64,000 nucleotides of DNA, from the NCBI GenBank assembly GCA_015680685.1, contig MNCI01000310.1:407067-471066 (forward strand), read 5' to 3'. Numbering within the stretch: the first letter of the stretch is position 1; each line of letters starts with the position of its first letter. The stretch is from Gnetum montanum (Eukaryota > Plantae > Gnetophyta). Below are positions 24,953-37,656 of this stretch, in pieces. A model generated the notes under the pieces. The model worked only from the letters and a program-made list of their open reading frames with translations. It did not search any database and was not told where the DNA came from. A program made the translations under genes and the position numbers.

Positions 24953-25300
24953 TATGACATCTCATCCTTGGATGTTATGGAAAATGTCAAATATAGATTA
25001 TATTAGACATTATGCATAATAAGATAATATACCAAACATCAAATACATGTAACATTTGACATTATGCATAAAGAAAATAACAAAGAGAGTCCAAAAAGAG
25101 AAAGAAAAAAATGCTTTATTGATATATAATAGAGTATCCAAATCATTCTTTGAAAGTGTTTCTTAAGATTTTCTTCCTTCGACATCTATCCCTTAGAGGT
25201 AATCCAACACTACCACCATGGTTAGGCCTACAACTGGCTAGAATAAATGGTTATTCTACTTTCTGCTATGCTTATGACTTGCCTTTACTAGCTTTGCCAT
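24953..25300 (-). repeat. 5' LTR of element B, part 1 (split by element D)
   Basis: Collinear with ~8955-9317. Confidence 0.85.
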
Positions 25301-27106
25301 TGAAACACCACTGAATTTTGGCTACAGCCTCTTGATTGCAAATTTTCCTAAGTGCTAGCATGAGGCCACTTTTTGCAAATTTTTCTAAGTGCTAGGACTA
25401 TTCTCTCCATTTCCCCAAAGCATAGTTGGCCTAGTTGAGAGCATAGTTAGCTCCAAAAATTGAGTTTTTTGTAATTTTGTCTAAGTGTCATTATGAAGTA
25501 AGAAGCTATAGATTTTTCCAAGTGTTGGGACTATGCTCTCCACTACCCCAAAGCATAGCCAGCTTAGTAGAGAGTATAGTCAACACAAAGGCCAATTTTG
25601 CAATTTTTTCTAAGTGTAAAGCCAGCTGCTATAGATTTTTTCAAGTGCTAAGACTACGCTCTCCACTACCTTGGAGTGTAGTTGAGCATGGTTAGCATGA
25701 AGGCTTAGTTTTGCAAAAATTTCTCTAAGTGTTGAGATTATCCTCTCCACTACCCCAAAGCATAGTCAAGCATAGTCAGAATGAAGCCTTAGTTTTGCAA
25801 ATTTTTTCTAAGTATTGAGACTATGCTCTCCACTAGCCCAGAGCGTAGTCAAGCATAGTCAACTGGAAGTCCATTTTTTGCAAGCTTTGACAAGTGCTGA
25901 GACTATGCTCACCCTTAGTCAAGAGTGTAGTTAGCCTCTCATGGAGACCATAGTCAACACATAGCCATTTTTTGCAAAATTTTTCTAAGTGTAGGACTAT
26001 GCTTTCCCCTAGTCCAAAGCATAGTAAGCTAGAACAACCTTTGAAGGCCTTCACAATGTAGAATCAACATTTTGCTTAGCTCCAACACGCCTCTGAAAAG
26101 CGTAGTTCACACAATGCATTTTTGTTGTATCCCCTTTTATCCCCAAAATTGTGACTATGCTTGACCCCACACAAGATAGTGGATAGCATAGTCTCAAAGC
26201 ATAGTCTCTAAAGTTGCATTTTTTCAAGTACATTACGGTCTTTTTTATGTATATACATGCACTTGGTAGCATAGTCATAGTCTCATAGTCTTGCAGAGTC
26301 CGACAGAGCACACCAAAGCTTAACACCATTAGCCTCGATGGAGAGCATAGTTGGATGACAACATAGTTCCAACGGTCCCACTACCATGTGGCAGTCTCTC
26401 TACATTTCATGCTAACCCTAGGCCTATAAATACTCATATCCTCAACGTTTTTGGGGTTGGAAAATTTGAAGCAAATTGGAAAACTTGAGCATTTTGGCAT
26501 TTTGGGCACACAAAAATTCAAAGGCACACTAGCGAACTGGAGAAAGGCAAGGTTGCACACCACCATAGCTCATCATAGGACACCACATCCCACTGCACAT
26601 AGCAGTGGTTAGCTCGATCAATCTTCATAGCTAGATACCCTTAAGACTATGACTATGCTATCCACTGCATCTATTGTACACTATGTATCTTCTCATCCCT
26701 TCTAGAGTTAACTATGCTGAACCCCACTTGGGGTGGTGTTCTATTCTATTTTTCTCTTTTTCTATGCATTTTAAGCATTTTTACTTAATTTTTTGGCATT
26801 TTACTTGCATTTATGGTTTTTTTCACGCATAGCCATGCTTGGATAGTAGTTCCCACACACTAGCACATTCATTTTATGCTAAAACCCTTGACTATGCTCA
26901 CCCCTATTGACACTGCTGACATTGTTAACACCATACAAACACTTAGCATCATTTTGCATTACATTTGGTAAGTCCCCATTTGATCAACAAGACCATTCAG
27001 GGCATCCCATCTTTACCTCTAGTAGGACCTTACATGGATTTAGGAATAGGACTATGTGCCCATGGACTCCTCGATGTTCCAGCCATTGATGTTTTTGCTC
27101 ACTATA
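25301..27106 (+). repeat. 5' LTR of element D, with internal GACTATGCTCTCC...AGCATAGT repeats
   Basis: TGAAACACC...CACTATA; TATA-like CTATAAATA at ~26424; about 10 degenerate hairpin-like repeats at 25340-26030. Confidence 0.88.
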
Positions 27107-27112
27107 GTTTTC

Positions 27113-27129
27113 TAGCGCTAGAAGGAGGG
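27113..27129 (+). other. Primer binding site of element D (tRNA-Arg type)
   Basis: TAGCGCTAGAAGGAGGG. Confidence 0.85.
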
Positions 27130-28479
27130 TGGAACAATTTTTCTTCTTTGGACTCCATTGGTGGTTGTCTGGCATGCTCTCTGCATCACTGTTACTAGCT
27201 TTGGGCTAGCATAGAACCAATACCCCTATGGACCTACTCCACATGTAGTAGTGGCTAGATCTTAGGCTAGCATAGGAATTGTTTACTAATCAGTTGGTGT
27301 AGACTAGACCTCATTGTCAATTCCATTGGAACCTCGCATAGCAACCCCAGAGCATACATTGCCACAGTTAGCCAAATTTTGGGCATTCTTAGTAGACAGT
27401 GTAGTTAGCTCTTAGCATAGATAGCATAGTCTCCAAGGTTAGCCATTTTTTGTAGTCTCTAAACTTAGCCATTTTCCTACAATTTTTAGAGTTAGCTGTT
27501 CTCACAATTATCAAAGTTAGCCATTTTTTTCTTTTGCAATTAGCAACCTGCATAATCTCCTCTTGCAAATTAATCTACATACATGAGTTCTAAAAAACTT
27601 TCAACATCAGTCTTGATCACACTTTCTATCCTACTTGTCGAACAAGAAAATAGGATCAATCACCCTAGCAATCCTACCATGGTAAAGCCAAGGCAATCCC
27701 TTAGGTTGTGTGGCCAAGACCCGAGTATACTGTGATAAATGATGAATATTATAACTTCATCTGTATAAAGATCCAAGTAGGCTTAGTCATAGACTACTTG
27801 GACATGGAAGCTAAACAAGGGTATGAGCTTATCCACTAAAATGGATAGGATTATATCTCTCCTCCATCGACTTCATCCTATTCACGGAACCCTACTGTTG
27901 GATACTTGTCTAGCTCATCTAAATAAGTGAGCATGAAGTAGGAATAGACTACAAGGAGCCCCTACAAAAAGTGTAGGATGAGTTTGAAGCTTTTTCTGTG
28001 CATGAGGACTCCTTTCACACTATCTTCTAGTAGAAAATTCTTGGCTTGGCCCGTTCATAGTCTCATCCACCTATCTTGCTTAAGACAGTCATAGCCCCAA
28101 TGTCACATTCTAGGACAACACCTGTCATAGTGATGCACCAAACACAACCTACATGTCAAGATGCACTACCTCCCATTACCTTACCCTTCGTAGCATTATC
28201 ATAGCTTGCCTAGTCATCCCTGCCCATAGAAATCATGCCTGCTCAGCCTTATATTCATACAGTGTATGTCTCTCAGCCCCAAATGACTCAGGCACCTTAT
28301 GTCCTACTTGTTTCATTGGCACCCTCAGTAGTGATCCAACCTACACATGCATGGCTTGCCCTAGTCACTGGGCTCATAACATAGCCAACAAAGCAAGCAC
28401 ATCATATGGTCCCACAACCTGCAGCCAGGTCATGGACCACACAACTAACACAGTAGGTAGCACAACCAACATAGCCCGC

Positions 28480-31279
28480 TACAGCATCCCAAAACTTGGA
28501 TCAGGCATTCCAATTGATGTAAACCTTAATAGAAGAGGTCATTCAGCTCATGGCTACCTTCTTTGAAATATTTCATGTGGTGAACTTCTACCAGGATGAT
28601 CTCATAAGTCTTGCTATTCCCCCTAACTTTGCCTATTGGGATCTTGCTGCCCCAATTCATCAACAATAATGGTGAAGGGGACCCCAACACACACTTGGTG
28701 AGATTCAAGTTTGAGTGCCTACTACTACAGGCATGGCCACATGCCATCATACATGTTTTTTCCATGTCACTCACTATTAAGGCACTAGACTAGTACCGTG
28801 CATTACCTAGAGGCTCCATCTCCTCTTTGGAGGATCTTCTAAGCTAATTTGTGATGTGCTTCAAGTACAACTTGAAGTCTGAAACTACCTTGGACCAACT
28901 AATGTAGATTAAGTAGGGTTGTTTATAGCCTGTGCAAAAATTTATCCAATGTTGGAGTGCCTCATTGAATGAAATTCGAGAGCCAATAGTAGAGATGCAC
29001 CTCCTAGCCATCTTCAATGGTGTAGTTAATGACTTCATCAAGTTAAAACTATACTACTTGGCCTCATAGACTCTAAGTCAAGCCTTTGCCTAGACAAAGA
29101 ACATATAGGATGTAGCAGAAGTTAGCAAGAACCTAGCCTATGTGGCCTATAAGAACCTACATGCCAAAAAGGACAAGGACAAAGGAAAGCAAAGTTCAAC
29201 CATGGTAATTGTGGCCAAAGAGGTCAAAAAAAACTAACTTGAGGCCAACGACTAGACCACCTAAGGCCCTAGCCAACAACAAAACTTCCAACCTTAGCAT
29301 AGTAACTAACTTTCTCAAGTAATCAATGGCCATGGCACAAGTTTCTCCAAGGCCTAACTTTGAGTGCAAGGATTGCTCAAAGTATACACCATTTCCATTA
29401 GAACCTTCAAGACTGTTGGACCAACTACTGAAGGCTAGATGTATCTTGTACAAGTAGATGTTTGAAGATGCTCACAAAAGACATGATAGATATTGCAAGC
29501 TCCTAAGGAACCCCATGTTGGTAGTCCTAAATGAGCCCCCATTCCTAAAACACTTTATGTTGGGCTAGTTCTACCACTACCACTAGTTGCCCAATCACAA
29601 CACTGATTTTTGCATAGCCCTGTAGGATGACCTCCAAACAATGATTGATAGAGGTGAGCTGGTGCTTGATGCTACCAATCCAATTATGCCTCAAAACCAA
29701 TCTATGAGGGTGTACAAGGATCCTCTAAATGCAGATGATGTAAGCTATGTCATCAACCCTATCAACGTTGATGACAACCCAAAATTGGCAGAACTACCAT
29801 TCATGGTTTGGATGCCCTCTAGTAGCCCAAGGGCCCCCTTAGCCCCTACAAGTTCAAGGCCTTCTTTTGTTGTTATAATTCCACCTCGAGCACCTACAAT
29901 GCCATTTGTGATTAGGGTTCCACCTCATGTTGCATCAACAACAATCACCCAGCCATCCATTATGGTTAGGGTGTCACAACATGCTAACTTCTCACCTACC
30001 TGGAGTCTTTTAGTGGGAAACGCATTAGTCCCTTCTTGTCCAAGGGCTAATTCTATAGGTAATGTTAACATACCCTCTAGGTGGCAACTCGGGAGGCCTA
30101 ATCAGTGCCTAGCAGATAAGATGATTAGGTAGCATCAAGAGTAAAGAGTGATCGACCTACTAAAGCTGGTACCCCTATTTACAGTCCCCATGGCTAAAAT
30201 AACTAAGGAGGCCATCACCAACAACTAGCAACCAAGAACTAGGGCCCCTGTGTAGGCCAAGCAAGTAAATCCCAAGTTGCCTCCATAATAAATTCATCTT
30301 TTAGGACATATGGAAGAAGTTAAACCCAGCAAGAGTGTAATCAATGGAAAATACTTCATAGATGCATTAGCCTAGGTTAAGCAAGTGTTGAAGTAGAAGA
30401 ACACAACGTTAAGCCTGTATGACTTGATTATGACCTTATTTTCCCACTGTGAAGTGTTATTGTGGATGTTAACCTCCATCCTTATCATGGAGGACATCTT
30501 GGTAGATGAGAATTCCATCCAGACTATGATGTTGTCTCTTGCACTATAGGAATCAAGCTTCACATGCCTTGCATTTCATGATGAGGCAATTAAGGTCGAC
30601 CCTAAGAAGAGAGAGGTCATAATGGCCCCCATGTTTATCACAATACATGTTGGGTAATGTAAGATTTGGAGGGTGCATGTCAATGATGGGGTAGCAACAA
30701 ATGTTATCCCATATACCATCATTAATAAGTTAGGACTCATGGATTAGATCAAACCAATGAAAACCACATGCCTAAAATCCTTTAGTGGCTCATGCATCAT
30801 TGTTAAGGGTACTATCACAATAGCCTTCATGGTAGGGGAGTAATTCCCCACCATTGTAGAATTCATCATCATAGAGGAATTGCCTAGCTTTAACCTAATA
30901 TTAGAAAGGCCATGGTTGGTCCAATTATGGGTTGTCTCCTCTATGATCCACCAAGATATCTACCTTCCATATGAAGGTGGCAAGGTTATTATCCACGATG
31001 ATAACACAACCCCTATGGCCATTAACAACATAGATATGGAGCAAGGGTCAGAGGTGGAATTTCCTGATGATGCATTTGCAGTAAAGGATGAGAACAAAAT
31101 GCCTAAGGTAGACCCACTTGAAAGGATAGAAGAAGCAGATGACTTACCAAAGGATACCCTATGGGAAAAATTGCCCTTCAATGTAGTGAGCAAAGGTCAA
31201 GGAGACTACCAAATAGTATCCTCTAGGTTCTACATGCCTCCTAATCCACACTGTGTTAGGAAGCAACTACATGACTAAG
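28480..31279 (+). pseudogene. Element D gag and protease (disrupted)
   Basis: LPQFINNNGEGDPNTHLVRF...FSMSLTIKALD*Y (retrotransposon gag); MFITIHVG*CKIWRVHVNDGVATNVIP and SFNLILERPWL (protease). Confidence 0.85.
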
Positions 31280-31532
31280 GTGCCCCATTATTCTAAAAGC
31301 ATGCTAGGGACCTACCCACTAGTTTCTTACACCTTGCATCCTACTCCTCATTTACGTCGCATTAGCATTGTAGCCTATTATTTGCATTTAGTTTAATCAC
31401 TTAGCTTACCATTCGCATAGCCTATGCATTTGATAGCTTAGTTTACATTTTTTCCATTGTCACTTTAATGCATTTGTCTTTATGCATAAAAAAACATCAA
31501 AATGCATAAAAATCATAAAACTAAAATTACAA

Positions 31533-31565
<33 letters not shown>

Positions 31566-31900
31566 CATACTGGGCCTAGAATGGCCTTAAACTATTGATT
31601 AGGCCTGAAATGGTCTTAAACTACCATTGGGCCTAGAATGGCCTTAAACTACCGCTTCGGCCTAGAATGGGCTAAAACTATCACTTTTAATTTTGTTCCT
31701 ATAGCCCTCCATGGCCTTAAACTAGTAACACATGACCTGAAATGGCCCTAAACTATCACTACAACCCAAAATGACCTTAAACTAGTAATTTTAATGGCCT
31801 GGAATGGCCTTAAACTATCACCTTCAATCTAAGAGTGGATCAAAATGGCCTTAAAATGCTATGTCCTTAAACTAGCATGGGACTTGCAATGGCCTAGTTA
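31533..31900 (+). repeat. (AG)n microsatellite followed by ~30-bp tandem repeats (GGCCTAGAATGGCCTTAAACTA core)
   Basis: Directly visible: about 13 AG units, then about 9 degenerate copies. Confidence 0.85.
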
Positions 31901-32099
31901 CATCATCATCGCATAATCCTAACATAGCACATTAATTCATCACATTATAAGCATAGCAAGTGCATAGAAAATGATCATAAAAAGAAAGTTTACACATTAC
32001 ACATTACATATAGCAAATACATGCATTATATATCATATGAATAGTAGTACATAGCATGAGTAGCATCATGTGTCAAAAGTATAACAAAAATAGCAAGAA

Positions 32100-35000
32100 T
32101 GTCCAATAGCAGAGGTACATCTAGTCATGGACAATCGATGGTACTAGGTGAAGGTGGAGGTTCTTCATCCCCCACCACATTGTTGGGGCTTGCAGCATCT
32201 CCTGGTGCCTACCATCATAACCATAGCAAAAACATGTAGTTATTAAGCAAGTATACACTACATAAGCCAACCTGAAACATGCAAAAAACAAACAAAAAGA
32301 AAAGACTAACCTGAGAGGGTCCCACATCAATGTCTTTTAGAGGTAACTTTCCAAGGCCATCCTCCAAGTGCTAGAAGATCTCAGCCTCAAAAAGTTGTAT
32401 CTAGTCCTCCTAACGAAAGTTAATATCTGGAAGGGTCTTGCCTTTGTCCACAGAGCTCCATGCGGGAAACTCCATCAAGAAGGTAGCAAAAGAAGCCTCT
32501 CTGGAAGGGTCGATGATATCCCTCTTAGGAAAGCCACTCATCATTGTATGCTACATGAACAACTTGTACGCTTGCCTCTTGTCAGTCACCTTAAGAAACA
32601 TCTCGAGTCTACCACATTTGATAGAATTCTCATTGTACCATTGTGAGTACACATCATGCTCACGCTTATATTGATGCTTGTGGCTCTTTTACATCTACCC
32701 CACTAGTAGACCTTTGTGTTGTAATTCTTCCAATCTTGTTCTTCTGGGTAGGTAACTCCATCTACAACCATTGCTCAATTAGCTCCCATGTGTCCTCATT
32801 TTTTCCTCTGAGAGCTATCTAATATTGGACATACTCTATCTCAGAGGTATGCTAGGTGCTATCTCCCTATGCTCTAGCCACCAAGAAATCATCTCTGGAC
32901 TGAAGATCATTGATCTTCATATCTTGGCTAGCCACCCTCTCCTATAGCTCATGCACATGTTTCCACAGGTGCTTATTCAAGCAGCTACAAACCCACAATG
33001 CCTTTGCATAGGAAATCATTCACTTGTTTGATGTCTCATACATGTGAAGATACACCTGATCAACTTTAGAAGGAAGGTTAGGAAGGGCATCCACCTTGGC
33101 CACCTTGGTCAGATCCCACAGAAGCTTAGGTCCTATAAGCATGTAACAATTCATCAATCTTAGCCTAGAACTAAGTATTCAAGTAGTAGAGCAACATAAA
33201 TCAAATCAACATCTCACATACCAAGCTCAAGATCTTCCTGTTGCAAGTGGTCCACCATTTCCTCAATGATGCCTTCCATGAAGGTAAATTTATTAAGCAT
33301 GTCTACCCATGGCTCCATGCGATAGGTAGAGATAGGACCATTGGCAAGGACATTTGATGCTATAACACACCAATGCAATTAGCATATAATCAAACAATTA
33401 AAGATGCTAGAGCAAGTAAGAAATGATATATGCAATCCAAGGTAGTTTCCTAGCAAACCCTCAAGTGTGAGTAACCCCTCAAGGGGCTCATCCACCTACA
33501 CACCATCGAATAGGTTATCAAAATCACCCACATCGAGGTGGAGCAACCCCTCTTTCTCCAACTATTGGAGGGTCTCTATTTCCTTAGGTAACTCATCCCC
33601 ATGAGCCTACCCTTCCTTAGCTTAAGGGGGCACTTCTTCTACTACCACCTTGACCACTGCTCTTGCAGCCCTCTCTGTTGTCTCTGCAATTAACAAATGT
33701 TCATGCATAGCACATTAGTACACATAGGCACATCACTAGCTAGTTAACAATATAACATAAAGAAGAATATAAAGTATAAAAATACATTAATATAATATAT
33801 GCATTTAACAAGTTCCACATACTAACCTGCAACCTCTGCATGCAAGCTTTAAAGCCTAATATGGATCCTCTTGCTACTTGTCCTACCAACCTCAAGGGTA
33901 GCCTTCTTTGTAGGATGTGGCTTTTGAATATTGACCTGAGATGGTCCCAAAGCCTCTACAATATAGTGATTTGCCTTAGTCATGTGCCTGATGCCAACTG
34001 GAGGACCCTTGCTTGCACTATCCTGCAAGTAACGTGACTTTCCCACAAGATCCTTAGTCATTACAAATAACAACTCATCGATCTCCTCTGGGGGCTCTTG
34101 TGCACATGTGGTAGTGAACATGTGTTTAATCAATGGCTTGGAGAGCTACTCACAATCCTACATAACCCATCGCCTACCATTATGCATAGCCAAGGGCTCC
34201 AGAAGTCTTTGTAGGTATCTTGCAAAGAATGCAAAGTGCACATGGGACCTCACCTAGAGATTAAATCATAGCTTAGAGATCTTCACATGTAAGTCGGTGG
34301 CAATGTATGCAACCTAGTTGAACCTTGTACCCTCCAGTAGCACCTCCTTCATCATGCATGCTTGCTCCACCCCAAGGGTCTTTCCTTGAAAGAGCAACTT
34401 CAAAAATGCATGGGCATGGAATAGAGGGTAAAGCTCCTACACCTCAAGCATAAGCACATCCTTAATTCATATGCCCTTGTGAGATCAAGTTGCCTTCAAC
34501 TAGTCCTTGATCTCCCCTCTACAGTCCACCTCCTTGCTAGCCTTATCAACAATCATTAGACCATCAATGAAAAGTCTAAAGAGGTTGGAAAAGAAGACCT
34601 TGTTGAGATCCAACACTACTATCACACTGTGTACTTAAGTGAAAACATGCATGACGTTGTTGCTAACGGAGTCGATGTTGGTGACCAATTTGGCCATCGG
34701 GATACTCAGCCTTAGGATCAAAAATAGGTCCATCAACCTTGAATGTGTGAGCCTAGCAGTCAGTGCATCTAAGGCCTTATGGCAGAGCCAGTAATGTGCA
34801 CCCTCCACATCACCATACTTCATGATGAGGGTGGCCTCTATGCAGCCCATGTTGATTACTTTCACTTCACCAAAGGCAACCATCACTGCAACAAAGGTAA
34901 AACAATGTTAGCATCATGCAAAGGTAAACTAACAGGCATACATGAGCATGCACATGACCTAAAGCTTAAATGCATACATGATACAAATGGGGTGAGAGAC

Positions 35001-35790
35001 AAGGATGACACTACAATCATCTCCTCAATGTTAATCTCATCAAAATCCCCCTCATCCAACTAACTATGAGTCTTGCACCACTCATATGCCTTCGGGTATT
35101 AGGTGGGGTAGACCTCCAAATCAGACCCCACCTATTCATGCCTAAGTATTTGAACATTTGGGCTAGAAGAGAACACCTCCAGGGTAGTGTGGGTCAAGGC
35201 TAGAGTGTCCACCTCATCATGTAGGCCCCCCTTGTCAACTCTAAACCTGGCATTAGTCATGAGCTATTAGCAATGTGACATGGGAAAGTAGTAAGAAACA
35301 AACTATGAAAGCCATAAATGCACTTACTCTCTAGCATAGTAGATAGTTCTAGGTGGGTTTTGGAATAGGGTGTGCACTTGTAGCATGATAAAAAGGGTGT
35401 TTCTCTTATTGTAGCAACTAAACCCCATCATGTGTCATATCCTAGATAAGTGCTGAGTGCTCCTAGGGCATCTACTTGAACCACTTGCTCCATTAGTGCT
35501 AGTAGTAGGCTCATCTAAGATAAGTTTCAAGATTTCCTAGTTAGCCTTGGGTAGTAATGTCTCCATGATGGTGCTAGTAGCCTCCATCACCAAGTGTGAC
35601 CACATGATCATATTAAACTATAACAACAAGTACTTTAGGAACTCACGAGCCCCTGATTGGAACCACATCACCTAAGGGCCCACCCACATATCTGGTGTAG
35701 GCATGTTAAGAATAGGTTTACTCATGCAGCATAGGATGCCCACGAGCTCCATGACATTCAAGACAGGTTTCTGCATCACCCTAAAAATGC
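32100..35790 (-). pseudogene. Multi-exon antisense accessory gene of element D (unknown domain + coiled-coil), decayed
   Basis: 33827-34885 is one ~350-codon frame with only in-frame stops (ORFs 34635-34886 and 33849-34133 share the frame). AT-rich GT..AG introns on the minus strand at 35247-35327, 33684-33826 and 33133-33221; acceptor TTGCAG at 34886. Outer limits are approximate. Confidence 0.65.
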
Positions 35791-35998
35791 CAAGCAATAA
35801 GCAAAGAGTTAGTATACATATGTCGATGCAAATTTTTCCATTAAATCATTAAGATAAGTTAGAAAATGTAACATAATACAACATAGACTAAAAAAATTCT
35901 TAATTTTCATAATGGCCTTTGGGGCCCCGCAAGTATAGGATGTCAACCAACTCATTTAATGCACCTAGTACTCACTAGGGTACAACATATTTTCATAG

Positions 35999-36085
35999 GT
36001 TTAGCATCATTACATTTTGCAAGTTTAGCATCGTTACATTTTGCAAGTTTAGCACTCTTACATTTTGCAGTTTTAGCATTATGCA
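35999..36085 (+). repeat. 24-bp tandem repeat, about 3.5 copies
   Basis: GTTTAGCATC(A/G)TTACATTTTGCAA units. Confidence 0.85.
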
Positions 36086-37656
36086 TAGTTTACAAAATTT
36101 TGACAATTTTTTTCTAACTCTATACTGCCTCCATGGAGAGCATAGTCTAGAAATCCCAAAATTTTTTCTAACTCTCGATTGCTTAGCAACCCCCTTTACC
36201 TATTGTGTCCTTGCAAAGATACACAAAAAACACGCCCTAGTGCCAATCATCCCCTGCAACCCCAATTGCTGCATTACAGGGCATAATCACCTTCATTGCC
36301 CTTGTGGTATGTCATGAGGTGTAACAATGTCCACAACCCTCATGACACAAAAAAAGATGCAGGGACAAATCTATGCCTCATCCCTGGCCCATGTCCAATA
36401 TAGAAAACAATTTTCAAAATAGAATAATGAAGAAAAAAGTGTAGAGACAAACCCCTATGCTACACCCCCTACTTTGCAGTAGGCCACCCTCAACCACCAC
36501 TAGAGCTAGAACCCTGGTGCCCAACCTACAATGCCTACCCTCTATCCCAAGCCCTTGCCTATCAAGCTCTACACACCTAGACGTCAAAACCCCAACAAAA
36601 CTCTCTCCTATGGCCATGCCAAAAAAGGGTAGAAAAAGAAAAAGGAGAGAATGTGATGATAGCCCTAGAACCTCATGCATGACCTCTGGGACCCCACTAC
36701 GTTGTGTAGCAGCAACCATTTCCACTATTGCTGCACTATGATACATAGGCTATGGCCCTTCCAAGAATCCCATGTGCATCAAAACCTTTTTAAAAACAAA
36801 AGAAAACACCCACAGCCCACTTAAAAGCTCCATCATGCAAAACCCTCCTTGTAGCCAAGCACACCCTCCTACCATTGCCTTGGTTGAAATGGCATGCAGT
36901 AGTGATGGCCCTTACCATGGCAAGGAATGCCAAGAGACTATGCCTCAAAACCCAAACCCTCATTGGAAAAATGGTCAAAAATGATGAAAAATAAGTAAAG
37001 GGGAGAGTGTAGTTGGGGTACCTAGTTGACATTGATAACCTCCTTTCCTCCATGCACACCTGTGGTAGGTAGCCCAATGCTTGTTCCCCCTCATCCATGT
37101 TTGCTAGTCCTAGGTGCAACTGTCCACTTCAGCACGTCATTGTTCCAACTATGTTCTCCACTAGTAATGCACACTAGCAATGGCAAGACTATGCTCTGGA
37201 CATCACATTTGACAGCAAGAAAATAACAACTTACCCATAGTAAAATGCACCTATATACCCTCTTGGGATCATCTAATAACCCACCAACTTGAGACTACGC
37301 TCCACACCAGACACATAGTGGAGAGCATAGTTAAGTGAGAACGTAGTTGGGTGAGAGCATAGTTACCCATCCTTAGCCAAAAATTTTAGTTTTTCACTAC
37401 CCCACTTGAGCCAATTCCACTTTTCAAGCATGACCAACCTTCCCCAAAATGACACATCTGATGCATCCACGATTTGCTAAGACCTAAAACTAGTATGTAC
37501 ATGGCCTGCTGAGGCCTAAAAATGGCACAAGCATGCTTACTTGCCTTAATAGATTGCATTCATATTTAGGAAAATTTTCATTGCATTACTTTTTATTCAT
37601 TTGTGTATATTCATTAATATAGGTGTTGTTTAACATTTTTTTGGTTCATTTTGTAG

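Larger units (their letters stand above)
31280..37656 (+). other. Predicted 6.4-kb intron between protease and RT of element D
   Basis: Donor AAG|GTGCCC at 31279/31280; acceptor TTTTTGGTTCATTTTGTAG|G at 37656. The join is in frame with the RT frame (...IFARSYDEMLGLDP...PIKQK... into ORF 38106). Confidence 0.6.
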
